A stretch of 64,000 nt of DNA from Macrostomum lignano (taxonomy: Eukaryota): positions 248,001 to 312,000 of the forward strand of contig NIVC01000731.1 of NCBI GenBank assembly GCA_002269645.1, read 5' to 3'. Positions 24,235-37,400 of the stretch are shown here, piece after piece. Below the pieces are notes generated by a model. That model was not told the DNA's origin. It made no database searches and saw only the letters and a list, made by a program, of their open reading frames with translations. A program made the translations under genes and the position numbers. The first letter of the stretch is position 1. The number at the start of each line of letters is the position of its first letter.

Positions 24235-24985
24235 GGGGAGATTGGGTCAGGAAGAGGGATACTGGGTCAGGAAGAGGGATAGTGGGTCAGGAAGAGGGGT
24301 AGTGGGTCAGGAAGATGAATAGTGGGTCAGGAAGAGGGAGATTGCGGTCAGGAAGAGGGAGATTGGGGTCAGGAAGAGGGAGAGGGGGTCAGGAAGAGGG
24401 AGAGGGGGTCAGGAAGAGGAATAGTGGGTCAGAAAGAGTGATAGTGGGTCAGAAAGAGGGATAGTGGGTCAGAAAGAGGGATAGTGGGTCAGGAAGAGGG
24501 AGAGTGGATTAGGAAGAGGGATAGTGGGTCAGGAAGAGGGAGAGTGGGTCAGAAAGAGGGATAGTGGGTCAGAAAGAGGGATAGTGGGTCAGGAAGAGGG
24601 AGAGTGGATTAGGAAGAGGGATAGTGGGTCAGAAAGAGGGATAGTGGGTCAGGAAGAGGGAGAGTGGATTAGGAAGAGAGACATTGGGGTCAGGAAGAGG
24701 GAGATTGGGGTCAGGAAGAGGGAGAGGGGGTCAGAAAGAGGGAGAGGGGGTCAGGAAGAGGGAGAGGGGGCCAGGAAGAGGGAGAGGGGGTCAGGAAGAG
24801 GGAGAGGGGGTCAGGAAGAGGGAGAGGGGGTCAGAAAGAGGGAGATTGGGTCAGGAAAAGGGAGGGTGTGTCAGGAAGAGGGAGAGTGGATTAGGAAGAG
24901 AGACATTGGGGTCAGGAAGAGGGAGATTGGGGTCAGGAAGAGGGAGATTGGGTCAGGAAGAAGGATTGTGGGTCAGGAAGTGGGA
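24235..24985. repeat. 20-21-bp purine-rich minisatellite (GGGTCAGGAAGAGGGA(T/G)AGT)n
   Basis: Direct tandem repeats. Confidence 0.95.
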
Positions 24986-25544
24986 AATAGGACAGGAACG
25001 GATCGAGTGAGGGAATTTAAACAGCAGATTCTGTTGTGGCAGAATGCTGCAGTCAGTTTGGGTTATTCAGCAGAGTTAGTAAACAAGATTGCTGAACAGT
25101 TATGCCCGCCTTATATATTAATATTTCTGTCAGCATTGTGAACGCACTTGGGCCTGATCTACATAAATATTAAAATAGCCCATTGCTTCGATGTCCCGCT
25201 AGTCGGGTCTCGACTGCGCCAGCAATATTCTCGATACAGCCTCGGTGCCTGGAATGAACCGAGTGACCGAATTTCTTCCCAACCAGCCCGCCCGGTGCGG
25301 TGCAGGGGGGCTCTGCTTCGGCGAAAATTAATTATTACTCGAGTGCGAGCGTGATGGACAGATGCGTGGGTGCCAGTGGGGCCTGAAATCACTGGGCCGA
25401 CCGTCTGTTGCCTCAAAAGTATCAAAAAGATGCACTAATTTTAGCTTTTGGGAAGCTGCATGGCCGCTACAATATGCGCTACATTGTGACTGCTGTCAGG
25501 TTCTGCTGCGAATGCGAACGAGCCATGGGGTAGGCTTTGGCGAC

Positions 25545-26000
25545 AGCTCAGTCAGCAGTGTGTCAGGCAGCTCAGTCAGCAGTGTGTCAGACAGCTCAGT
25601 CAGTCAGTGTGTCAGACAGTTCAGCCAGCAGTGTGTCAGACACCACCGTCAGCAGTGTGTCAGACAGCTCAGTCAGCAGTGTGTCAGACAGCTCAGTCAG
25701 CAGTGTGTCAGACAGCTCAGTCAGCAGTGTGTCAGACAGGACAGTCAGCAGTGTGTCAGGCAGCTCAGTCAGCAGTGTGTCAGACAGCTCAGTCAGCAGT
25801 GTGTCAGGCAGCTCAGTCAGCAGTGTGTCAGACAGCAGTCAGCAGTGTGTCAGACAGCAGTCAGCAGTGTGTCAGACAGCTCAGTCAGCAGTGTGTCAGA
25901 CAGCTCAGTCAGCAGTGTGTCAGACAGCTCAGTCAGCAGTGTGTCAGACAGCTTAGTCAGCAGTGTGTCAGACAGCAGTCAGCAGTGTGTCAGACAGCAG
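25545..26000 (+). repeat. 24-bp minisatellite (CAGTCAGCAGTGTGTCAGACAGCT)n
   Basis: Tandem repeats; the same family occurs inverted at 27705-28620. Confidence 0.95.
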
Positions 26001-26689
26001 AGGCACTGAATATGTCCTAGGGCCTAGCTATACGAGCCGTTATAGGTATGCAGCTGTTTAATCACCTAACACGCAGCTTTTACCTCTACAAAATCAAATT
26101 ATCAGCACAAGATGCTGCATTTGCTTATCCCTTATCAGTCAGCCAGGCATAAGCCGGGGATCAGGTCTCCTGTCCTCCTAAAGCCTGACTCCGCTTGCAC
26201 ATCCTGTCTGCACATCCCCATCTGCAGCCCTGGTCATCTGCTGCACCGGTCGGCACCGAGACATGATGAGGAGGCCTGTTCGCTGTCTGGGGCTCAGCCT
26301 CTTGACTCGAAATCAGTGCTGCCAGAATCGGCTGGGTTTTCGAAGTCCACTGCAGCTCCCCTCTCTCCAGGGATTTCTTTGCCAAGTTCGGCTTTCGCTT
26401 CCCCGAAATTGGATTTCAAAAAGCAGGCAGCAGCCCCCCCCAGTTCTTTCTCTCCTTCCCGCCCTCAGTGCAGCCGCGGCCGGCCAATCCCCAGTTTGGG
26501 TGGCGCTGGCGCAGTCCATTGGCCGGTCCCAGCGGGATCCGGGAAGTTGGCCAGGCCAAGGAAGTCGAAAAATCAGAGCCTGGAGTGCCAAGTCCGACAC
26601 CCGCCCAGTTGACAAATTTCTGACAAATTCGTTCAGGGCTGCCACCGACCGCTCGATTGGCTCAATGGATTTTAGAATTTAATCAAACC

Positions 26690-27302
26690 GAAGCTGTGAG
26701 AGCCTCAGTGAATGTGACACAGAAGCTGTGAAAGCCTCAGTGAATGTGACGCAGAAGCTGTGAAAGCCTCAGTGAATGTGACACAAAAGCTGTGAAAGCC
26801 TCAGTGAATGTGACACAGAAGCTGTGAAAGCCTCAGTGAATGTGACACAAAAGCTGTGAAAGCCTCAGTGAATGTGACACAAAAGCTGTGAAAGCCTCAA
26901 TGAATGTGACACAGAAGCTGTGAAAGCCTCAGTGAATGTGACGCAGAAGCTGTGAAAGCCTCAGTGAATGTGACACAAAAGCTGTGAAAGCCTCAGTGAA
27001 TGTGACACAAAAGCTGTGAAAGCCTCAGTGAATGTGACACAGAAGCTGTGAAAGCCTCAGTGAATGTGACACAAAAGCTGTGAAAGCCTCAGTGAATGTG
27101 ACACAAAAGCTGTGAACACCTCAGTGAATGTGACGCAGAAGCTGTGAAAGTCTCAGTGAATGTGACGCAGAAGCTGTGAAAGCCTCAGTGAATGTGACGC
27201 AGAAGCTGTGAAAGTCTCAGTGAATGTGACGCAGAAGCTGTGAAAGCCTCAGTGAATGTGACGCAGAAGCTGTGAAAGCCTCAGTGAATGTGACGCAGAA
27301 GC
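26690..27302. repeat. 32-bp minisatellite (GAAGCTGTGAAAGCCTCAGTGAATGTGACACA)n
   Basis: Highly homogeneous tandem repeats. Confidence 0.97.
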
Positions 27303-27417
27303 CACCACACCAGCCTCTAGTAGTCTCGCAATGCTGACTCCATGTCCTGGTTGTGGGCCTCCTTGGCCGCGCCTGCAGCGGAAGGGGAGAGGAGAGCGAA
27401 TGGGGGGGGGGCACAGG

Positions 27418-27423
27418 TATAAA
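27418..27423 (+). promoter_or_regulatory. Candidate TATA box of the GPCR gene
   Basis: TATAAA about 120 bp upstream of ATG 27540, after a GC/G-rich stretch. Confidence 0.4.
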
Positions 27424-27539
27424 TCTCGCAGGCGAACATCTGGTCCCCACTGCCTCAGCCCCGAGTTCTCTCTCCATCAACCCATAGAGCCGGCAAATCG
27501 GCTTTCTGCTCCTGGAAGCGGCAAAAGCAATTTGGCAAA

Positions 27540-30500
27540 ATGAGCAATCTCACCGGCGCAAACGCCAGCGAGGGTGAGTTGGTGGGCACTGAACAAAGTG
27601 CACTTTTACTATCTGATTAGTATGATCAGTAAGGGCTTTCCGCTTCAGTTGTGGCTTGCCGGCTCCCGCACTCGGCAGCTTTGAGCGGCCAGGTGGAACA
27701 AAACCAGCTGTCTGACACACTGACTGTCCTGTCTGACACACTGACTGTCCTGTCTGACATACTGCTGACTGAGCTGTCTGACACACTGCTGACTGAGCTG
27801 TCTGACACACTGCTTACTGAGCTGTCTGACACACTGACTGTCCTGTCTGACACACTGACTGTCCTGTCTGACATACTGCTGACTGAGCTGTCTGACACAC
27901 TGCTGACTGAGCTGTCTGACACACTGCTTACTGAGCTGTCTGACACACTGACTGTCCTGTCTGACACACTGACTGTCCTGTCTGACACACTGACTGTCCT
28001 GTCTGACATACTGCTGACTGAGCTGTCTGACACACTGCTGACTGAGCTGTCTGACACACTGCTTACTGAGCTGTCTGACACACTGACTGTCCTGTCTGAC
28101 ACACTGCTGACTGAGCTGTCTGACACACTGCTGACTGAGCTGTCTGACACACTGCTGACTGAGCTGTCTGACACACTGCTTACTGAGCTGTCTGACACAC
28201 TGACTGTCCTGTCTGACACACTGCTGACTGAGCTGTCTGACACACTGCTGACTGAGCTGTCTGACACACTGCTTACTGAGCTGTCTGACACACTGACTGT
28301 CCTGTCTGACACACTGACTGTCCTGTCTGACATACTGCTGACTGAGCTGTCTGACACACTGCTGACTGAGCTGTCTGACACACTGCTTACTGAGCTGTCT
28401 GACACACTGACTGTCCTGTCTGACACACTGACTGTCCTGTCTGACATACTGCTGACTGAGCTGTCTGACACACTGCTGACTGAGCTGTCTGACACACTGA
28501 TGACTGAGCTGTCTGACACACTGCTGACTGAGCTGTCTAACACACTGATGACTGAGCTGTCTGACACACTGACTGAGCTGTCTGACACACTGACTGTGCT
28601 GTCTGACACACTGCTGACTGCTTCCTGACGCTGCTGCCACGGATCTGGTGGGATGTGAGGAGGTCATGACGGCTGGCATTTCCAGTTGGAATTTCGCTTG
28701 CTGCACCAGTGCGGGTCTCGTGACAGCGGGGCTGGGGTCCTCCTGTCTTGGCCCCGCATCCCCGGCACTGCCAAGCATCACTGAGGCCGAACTGCCCTCA
28801 ATCCGGACCTCTACCCGATGAAGCTGAGGAGGCTGGGAAGGATTCTAGCAAAATATTTTCCGAAATGTCTCTAGCGGCTCCGTCACTGAGAAGCCGCTGC
28901 GTGGGCCGGTGGCTCAGCTTCCCTGGAATTTTCGAAAATTTGCCAGCAAATCCTTTGACAAGGCCGAAGCGACGCTGCTTTGAACAATGCGCAGTTCTGC
29001 CTTTGATTCTTTGAAATTGGATCCCCAATTCATTTCCCGTCTCAATGCCGAGTCGGAATTGATTCTCAGCATCACGGCACTCCGATGGGGAAGGCGGCTT
29101 AAGCAGCTGAATTTGAAGTTCCGCTTTCCCGAGCATTTTTCCCACAGTAGTAAATTTTATTTGCAGCTGCACAATTTCCAACCCTGTAGGGATGATCTGA
29201 TGAAGCCCATGCAGTCGTCGGCGAGCGGAAACTTGCTTTGCAGATATCGGCTACGGGCTGGGGTCACACGGTGCACGTGATTAGAGTCCCCGGAGCAGCA
29301 GGTGCACAGCCGTCCGAAGACGGCTTTGACCTTTGAATGAACCCCCACCACCTGTACCCGCCTCTGTCAATGATTTTCCAACGGGCGCCTTTGCCTTTCA
29401 GTGCTTCTGCCTTGAATGCCTGATGACTTCCTGCATTCTGAAGACTGAATTTTTCCTAATTACAACCTAATATAAAATTCAAGAAAAATTCTCTTCAAAT
29501 TCTCTTCATACACAGCTTGGCTCATACACAGCTTGGCTCATACACAGCTTGGCTCATACACAGCTTGGCTCATACACAGCTTAGGTCATACACAGCTTGG
29601 GTCATACACAGCTTGGGTCATACACAGCTTGGGTCATACACAGCTTGGGTCATACACAGCTTGGGTCATACACAGCTTGGGTCATACACAGCTTGGCTCA
29701 TACACAGCTTGGGTCATAAACGGCTTAGGGCATAAACAGCTTAGGTCATACACAGCTTGGGTCATACACGGCTTAGGTCATACACAACTTGGGTCATACA
29801 CAGCTTGGGTCATACACAGCTTGGGTCATACACAGCTTGGCTCATACACAGCTTAGGTCATACACAGCTTGGCTCATACACAGCTTAGGTCATACACAGC
29901 TTGGCTCATACACAGCTTAGGTCATACACAGCTTAGGTCATACACAGCTTGGCTCATACACAGCTTGGCTCATACACAGCTCGTCCCGTCTCCGCCCCCT
30001 CCTTTCGCAGCGAACCTCTCCGACCACGAAGGGAAATGGCACTGCGGCGTCAGCATCGAGAACCACCTCGAGCGCCTGTCTGAGATCTCTCAAACCGGAG
30101 ACAACGTCATTGTGGCTGTCTACCTGCTGGTGACCTCCGCCGGTCTCCTTGGAAACAGCCTCATCCTCCTGGTCAGCATCCGTGCCAGGCAGTATCGCCG
30201 GTCCGCGGTGCACACTTACGTGACCCACCTTGCCGCCGCCGACCTGTTCTTCCTGGCCATCTGCGCCCCGGTGCACACCATCGTGTTCTTCTGGGCCAGT
30301 GCCTGGCCTCTGGGTGACCCCATGTGCAAACTTCTGCACTTCCTGCAGCCGCTGGCCATGCACGCCTCCGCCGCCTTCCTCACCGCCATGGCCGTCGACC
30401 GCTGCCTGTCCGTCTCCGGCCTCGGCAGCGCCGCCGGCCGAGGAGTGGCGGGCTCGATGCGCGGCTCCCAGCGCGCGGCCGCTGCTCCGCGCTACGCAGG

Positions 30501-31041
30501 CGCTCTGTGGGCCGGCGCCGTACTGGTGGCGCTGCCCTGGCCGCTGGTGTACCGGGTGAAGAATGGCGTCTGCACCTACGAGCTGTCCGAGCAGTACGGC
30601 CCGCTCAAGATCGGCCTGTTCGCCGGCCGCGCCACGCTGGGCTACGCCGTGCCGTTCGTCATCATCGCCTTCTGCTCGGTGCGGATGCTGCGCCGCCTGT
30701 GGCGCTTCGGCCGGCACCGCGGCGCCGCCAACAGTCGGCGCGTCATCGCCCTGGTTGTGGCGCTGGTCTTTTCCTTCTTCATCTGCTGGCTGCCGCTGCA
30801 CGTTGCCGACATCGTCACCGCCTTCTTCGTCTGTCGGGTGTTCTTCCTGCCCGACGTCTCGGCCGCCAACCTGATGGCGCTGAACCGCTTCAACCAGCTG
30901 ACCATCCTGCTATCCTACTGCAACGCCTGCGCCAACCCCGCCATCTACAGCTGCCTGTCTGAGAGCTTCCGGCGCGGGCTGTACCAGATCCTGGCCAGGA
31001 CAGGCCGGGCCAGGGCGAACCGAGCCAGGCGGCCCGTCTGA
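27540..31041 (+). CDS. Rhodopsin-family neuropeptide GPCR (galanin/allatostatin-A receptor-like); exons 27540-27573 and 30011-31041
   Basis: Seven TMs with GNSLI, LAAADL, C-x-DRC, CWLP and NPAIY. Exon 1 ATGAGCAATCTCACCGGCGCAAACGCCAGCGAGG|GTGAGT (phase 1) joins TTTCGCAG|CGAAC in frame, giving MSNLTGANASEANLSDH with three N-glycosylation sequons. Confidence 0.88.
27705..28620 (-). repeat. 21/24-bp minisatellite in the GPCR intron, same family as 25545-26000 but inverted
   Basis: The plus strand reads (CTGTCTGACACACTGCTGACTGAG)n, the reverse complement of the 25545 array. Confidence 0.95.
29505..29980. repeat. 16-bp minisatellite (CATACACAGCTTGGGT)n at the 3' end of the GPCR intron
   Basis: Tandem repeats ending 30 nt before acceptor 30010. 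Confidence 0.97.
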
Positions 31042-31121
31042 GCCATCAGGCCTCCCAAGGCGTGCGAGGCTGAGTTTGATAAATTTTGTCTAGATTCAGC
31101 CAATCAAGCTGGACCATTTAG

Positions 31122-31325
31122 TCACCCACCTCAGCCTCCGCGATCTCGCCAGCCAATCCGGTGGCAGCACAGAATCACCCACCTCAGCCTCCGCGATCTC
31201 GCCAGCCAATCCGGTGGCAGCACAGAATCACCCACCTCAGCCTCCGCGATCTCGCCAGCCAATCCGGTGGCAGCACAGAATCACCCACCTCAGCCTCCGC
31301 GATCTCGCCAGCCAATCCGGTGGAG
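31122..31325. repeat. 53-bp tandem repeat, about 3.8 copies, downstream of the GPCR stop
   Basis: TCACCCACCTCAGCCTCCGCGATCTCGCCAGCCAATCCGGTGGCAGCACAGAA repeated at 53-bp spacing. Confidence 0.95.
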
Positions 31326-32124
31326 GGATCAACATACTGATTCCATATTGGTGTAAAACTCATTGACTGAAAGCACCAGCTTATATAAACTTTTACCAGT
31401 GTTTTGCAATCGGACTACGAGTACTGATCGTTTCTCTGTGCAGTTGTGCATGTAAAATAATTTCTGTTTGATGTTTTTCACTGGGCATCAATGCAAGCTC
31501 GCGAGACCGGAGCATCTGGCACGCTTCAAATATGCCAGCCTGCTTTGCTTAGCACCTGTTGTTTTGGCGAGTTCCCCGACCTCTTGGGCCCAGGACTTTC
31601 TACTAGTCTCCATACTGTGGTGTTCAAGGCTTCTGTGCAGGGAACAGCGCCATCTGGCGAGCCAGCTGCTATCGGTTTATTGTCGTCAAATAAATTCAAT
31701 ATTCAATCGCTGAATTTATGGGAATTTTCTTTTCATTTGCTTCAAAGCCGAACGCTAAAGACGTCAGAGAGCTTTTTTGGCAAGTAATTGGCGACTTCCC
31801 CTGCAGCTGGCTGGCGAGGGTCTGCGCCAATCTCAAGTATTCGCCTCAGGGTAGAATGACATTCGCATGATACGAGGTAATTTTTGAGCACGATTACGAC
31901 TGGGTGGATAAGACTTGGGGATGGAGAGCAGGAGCGTACATGAGTAAGAATGTGCAGCGAAACATTGTAGAAAGGCGCACGTAGTGAAACGGATAAAAAC
32001 ACCAACTCCAAAACACTGAATAAAGTACATGGTAACAACACTACTACAACTAGCTCAGCCAAGTCACCACAGAACTGATGCAGCTGTTCTGTAGAAAGTG
32101 CAGTCACAATTCTTTCAAATTATT

Positions 32125-32300
32125 GCGCACTTGTACATTTCGCGCTTGGTCAATGTGCGCGCTTTGTCAATTTGCGCGCTTTGTCAATGTGCGCACTTTG
32201 TCAATGTGCGCGCTTTGTCAATGTGCGCGCTTTGTCAATTTGCGCGCTTTGTCAATTTGCGCGCTTGGTCAATGTGCGCGCTTTGTCAATTTGCGCGTTT
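32125..32300. repeat. About 16-17-bp minisatellite (GCGCGCTTTGTCAAT(T/G)T)n
   Basis: Tandem repeats. Confidence 0.9.
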
Positions 32301-32759
32301 CGTTAGTTCGCGCTTCGTCTATATGCGCGATTACTAGACGCGCTTTAACCTCACTATATCGCGCGCTACTGGATTAGCTCAGTCCAAGTAACAGCCCGAC
32401 CGGAGTGACGCCGCCCCCTGCACGCCTGCTCTCAGCCTGGCGGCTGCGGATTATCGAAAATCCCTCCTGAGCCTCTCCGCTTGAGACTTCCCATCCACTC
32501 CCCCCCCCAACCGAATCCTTTTGTCTCCGGCTCTGTTGAGCTGCCATGAGGAGGGGCAGCCGGGTGGGGCTGAGCCCGGGCTGCCCCGAAATCATTCCGC
32601 TACCGAATCCCTCTTTCGTAAGCTGATATTTTGCTAGCATCAGAGGCGTACAAGTCCTGCCTTTGTTGGCGTTTTGCCCTGCTGCAAGCTTTGCTCCAGG
32701 GTCGCTGATTGAGGACAGACTGACTTGATGTCAGGAGTGCAACTTCTGCAGTCCCAGGG

Positions 32760-34050
32760 GTGAGTCAGGGGTGCCATTTTGATGTCAGGGGTGCCATTTT
32801 GATTCCAGGGGTGCCGTTTTGATTTCAGGGGTGCCATTTTGATTCCAGGGGTGCCATTTTGATGTCAGGGGTGCCATTTTGATTCCAGGGGTGCCATTTC
32901 TATGTCAGGGGTGGCATTTCTATGTCAGGGGCGCCATTTCTATGTCAGGGGTGGCATTTCTATGTCAGGGGCGCCATTTCTATGTCAGGGGTGGCATTTC
33001 TATGTCAGGGGCGCCATTTCTATGTCAGGGGTGCAATTTCTATGTCAGGGGCGCCATTTCTATGTCAGGGCGCCATTTCTATGTTAGGGGCGCCATTTCT
33101 ATGTTAGGGGCGCCATTTCTATGTCAGGGGCGCCATTTCTATGTCAGGAGTGGCATTTCTATGTCAGGGCGCCATTTCTATGTCAGGGGCGCCATTTCTA
33201 TGTTAGGGGCGCCATTTCTATGTCAGGGGCGCCATTTCTATGTTAGGGGCGCCATTTCTATGTCAGGAGTGGCATTTCTATGTCAGGGCGCCATTTCTAT
33301 GTCAGGGGTGCCATTTTGATTCCAGGGGTGCCGTTTTGATTTCAGGGGTGCCATTTTGATTCCAGGGGTGCCATTTTGATGTCAGGGGTGCCATTTTGAT
33401 TCCAGGGGTGCCATTTCTATGTCAGGGGTGGCATTTCTATGTCAGGGGCGCCATTTCTATGTCAGGGGTGGCATTTCTATGTCAGGAGTGGCATTTCTAT
33501 GTCAGGGCGCCATTTCTATGTCAGGAGTGGCATTTCTATGTCAGGGCGCCATTTCTATGTCAGGGGCGCCATTTCTATGTTAGGGGCGCCATTTCTTTGT
33601 CAGGAGTGGCATTTCTATGTCAGGGCGCCATTTCTATGTCAGGGGTGCCATTTTGATGTCAGGGGCGCCATTTTGATTCCAGGGGTGCCATTTTGATGTC
33701 AGGGGTGCCATTTTGATTCCAGGGGTGCCATTTCTATGTCAGGGGCGCCATTTCTATGTCAGGGGTGCAATTTCTATGTCAGGGGCGCCATTTCTATGTC
33801 AGGAGTGGCATTTCTATGTCAGGGCGCCATTTCTATGTCAGGGGCGCCATTTCTATGTTAGGGGCGCCATTTCTATGTCAGGAGTGGCATTTCTATGTCA
33901 GGGCGCCATTTCTATGTTAGGGGCGCCATTTCTATGTTAGGGGCGCCATTTCTATGTTAGGGGCGCCATTTTAATGTCAGGGGGGCCATTTTGATGTCAG
34001 GGGTGCCATTTTGATGTCAGGAGTGCCATGTTGATGTCAGGGGTGCCATT
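32760..34050. repeat. 20-bp minisatellite (GGGGCGCCATTTCTATGTCA)n
   Basis: Tandem repeats with internal larger duplications. Confidence 0.97.
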
Positions 34051-34421
34051 TTGGTTTGAAAGTAGGAAAAACATTTCTAGGATTAAAGTTCCTGACCTTT
34101 TTTTCATTTTGTCTCGGAGGTTGTTTCCGCGCTTCTGTTCTGATTGTTCGTTGCTGGCCTGGGAGGCGCCGTCGGCGAGGGGGCGCAATCCGATCCCCGG
34201 CTCAGCCTGGAGGTCACGAGGCAGAAAAGAAAATCAATGGTTCAAGAAAAAATTAAAAAAAATTTCTACGCATTTTCTTCGTAAGCCACAATCAGTTTTT
34301 AAGAGGCTCTCCAAGTTCCGACACCGTTTTGTGTTTTGACTCAAATTTTTGGCCTTTAAACACTTGCGGAATATCAGCAGTTTGCTGTTCCAGCGAAATG
34401 TGCAGCCTGCGGTTGGATTAT

Positions 34422-37400
34422 TAATCTATCGGATTATCTAGCTACTAATCTATCGGATTATCTAGCTACTAATCTATCGGATTATCTAGCTACTAATCTA
34501 TTGGATTATCTAGCTACTAGTCTATAGGATTATCTAGCCTATCTAGTCTTATCTAGTCTATCAGATTATCTAGCTACTCATTTATCGGATTATCTAGCTA
34601 CTAATCTATCAGATTATCTAGCTACTAATCTATAAGATTATCTAGCTACTAGTCTATAAGATTATCTAGCTACTCATTTATCGGATTATCTAGCTACTAA
34701 TCTATCAGATTATCTAGCTACTAATCTATAAGATTATCTAGCTACTAGTCTATAAGATTATCTAGCTACTAATCTATCGGATTATCTAGCTACTAATCTA
34801 TCGGATTATCTAGCTACTAATCTATCGGATTATCTAGCTACTCATCTATCGGATTATCTAGCTACTAATCTATCGGATTATCTAGCTACTAGTCTATAGG
34901 ATTATCTAGCCTATCTAGTCTTATCTAGTCTATCAGATTATCTAGCTACTCATTTATCGGATTATCTAGCTACTAATCTATCAGATTATCTAGCTACTAA
35001 TCTATAAGATTATCTAGCTACTAGTCTATAAGATTATCTAGCTACTAATCTATCGGATTATCTAGCTACTAATCTATCGGATTATCTAGCTACTAATCTA
35101 TCGGATTATCTAGCTACTCATCTATCGGATTATCTAGCCTATCTAGTCTTATCTAATCTATCAGATTATCTAGCTACTAATCTATCGGATTATCTAGCTA
35201 TTAATCTATCAGATTATCTAGCTACTAATCTATCAGATTATCTAGCTACTAATCTATCGGATTATCTAGCTACTAATCTATCAGATTATCTAGCTACTAA
35301 TCTATAAGATTATCTAGCTACTAATATATAAGATTATCTAGCTACTCATCTATCGGATTATCTAGCTACTCATCTATCAGATTATCTAGCTACTAATCTA
35401 TCGGATTATCTAGCTACTAATCTATCGGATTATCTAGCTACTAGTCTATAAGATTATCTAGCTACTAATCTATCGGATTATCTAGCTACTAATCTATCGG
35501 ATTATCTAGCTACTAATCTATCGGATTATCTAGCTACTAATCTATCGGATTATCTAGCTACTAATCTATCGGATTATCTAGCTACTAGTCTATAGGATTA
35601 TCTAGCCTATCTAGTCTTATCTAGTCTATCAGATTATCTAGCTACTCATTTATCGGATTATCTAGCTACTAATCTATCAGATTATCTAGCTACTAATCTA
35701 TAAGATTATCTAGCTACTAGTCTATAAGATTATCTAGCTACTAATCTATCGGATTATCTAGCTACTAATCTATCGGATTATCTAGCTACTAATCTATCGG
35801 ATTATCTAGCTACTCATCTATCGGATTATCTAGCCTATCTAGTCTTATCTAATCTATCAGATTATCTAGCTACTAATCTATCGGATTATCTAGCTATTAA
35901 TCTATCAGATTATCTAGCTACTAATCTATCAGATTATCTAGCTACTAATCTATCGGATTATCTAGCTACTAATCTATCAGATTATCTAGCTACTAATCTA
36001 TAAGATTATCTAGCTACTAATATATAAGATTATCTAGCTACTCATCTATCGGATTATCTAGCTACTCATCTATCAGATTATCTAGCTACTAATCTATCGG
36101 ATTATCTAGCTACTAATCTATCGGATTATCTAGCTACTAATCTATTGGATTATCTAGCTACTAGTCTATAGGATTATCTAGCCTATCTAGTCTTATCTAG
36201 TCTATCAGATTATCTAGCTACTCATTTATCGGATTATCTAGCTACTAATCTATCAGATTATCTAGCTACTAATCTATAAGATTATCTAGCTACTAGTCTA
36301 TAAGATAATCTAGCTACTAATCTATCGGATTATCTAGCTACTAATCTATCGGATTATCTAACTACTAATCTATCGGATTATCTAGCTACTAATCTATCGG
36401 ATTATCTAGCTACTAATCTATCAGATTATCTAGCTACTAATCTATAAGATTATCTAGCTACTCATCTATCGGATTATCTAGCTACTCATCTATAAGATTA
36501 TCTAGCTACTAATCTATAAGATTATCTAGCTACTAATCTATAAGATTATCTAGCTACTCATCTATCAGATTATCTAGCTACTAATCTATCGGATTATCTA
36601 GCTACTAATCTATCGGATTATCTAGCTACTAATCTATCGGATTATCTAGCTACTAATCTATCGGATTATCTAGCTACTAATCTATCGGATTATCTAGCTA
36701 CTAGTCTATCGGATTATCTAGCTACTAGTCTATCAGATTATCTAGCTACTCATCTATCAGATTATCTAGCTACTAATCTATCGGATTATCTAGCTACTCA
36801 TCTATCGGATTATCTAGCTACTCATCTATTGGATTATCTATCTACTAATCTATCGGATTATCTAGCTATTAATCTATCAGATTATCTAGCTACTCATCTA
36901 TCAGATTATCTAGCTACTAATCTATCGGATTATCTAGCTACTAATCTATCGGATTATCTAGCTACTAATCTATCGGATTATCTAGCTACTAATCTATAAG
37001 ATTATCTAGCTACTAATCTATCAGATTATCTAGCTACTAGTCTATCGGGTTATCTAGCTACTCATCTATAGGATTGTCTAGCTACTCATCTATCAGATTA
37101 TCTAGCTACTAATTTAACGTATTATCTAGCTACTAATCTATCGGATTATCTAGCTACTCATCTATCAGATTATCTAGCTACTAATCTATCGGATTATCTA
37201 GCTACTAATCTATAAGATTATCTAGCTACTAATCTATCGGATTATCTAGCTACTAATCTATCAGATTATCTAGCTACTAATCTATCGGATTATCTAGCTA
37301 CTAGTCTATCAGATTATCTAGCTACTCATCTATCGGATTATCTAGCTACTCATCTATCGGATTATCTAACTACTAATCTATAAGATTATCTAGCTACTCA

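Noticed and set aside
29197-29235. CTGATGA...GAAA hammerhead candidate
   Set aside because: Stem II cannot pair.
29869-30010. GPCR N-terminus as given by the ORF track (MAHTQLRSYTAW...)
   Set aside because: It derives from the 16-bp intronic repeat; a proper acceptor at 30010 and an upstream ATG micro-exon explain the start.
31480-31950. Possible RTE-like LINE remnant on the minus strand (…CHSTLRRILEI…)
   Set aside because: Only a short motif resemblance; cannot be supported without a search.
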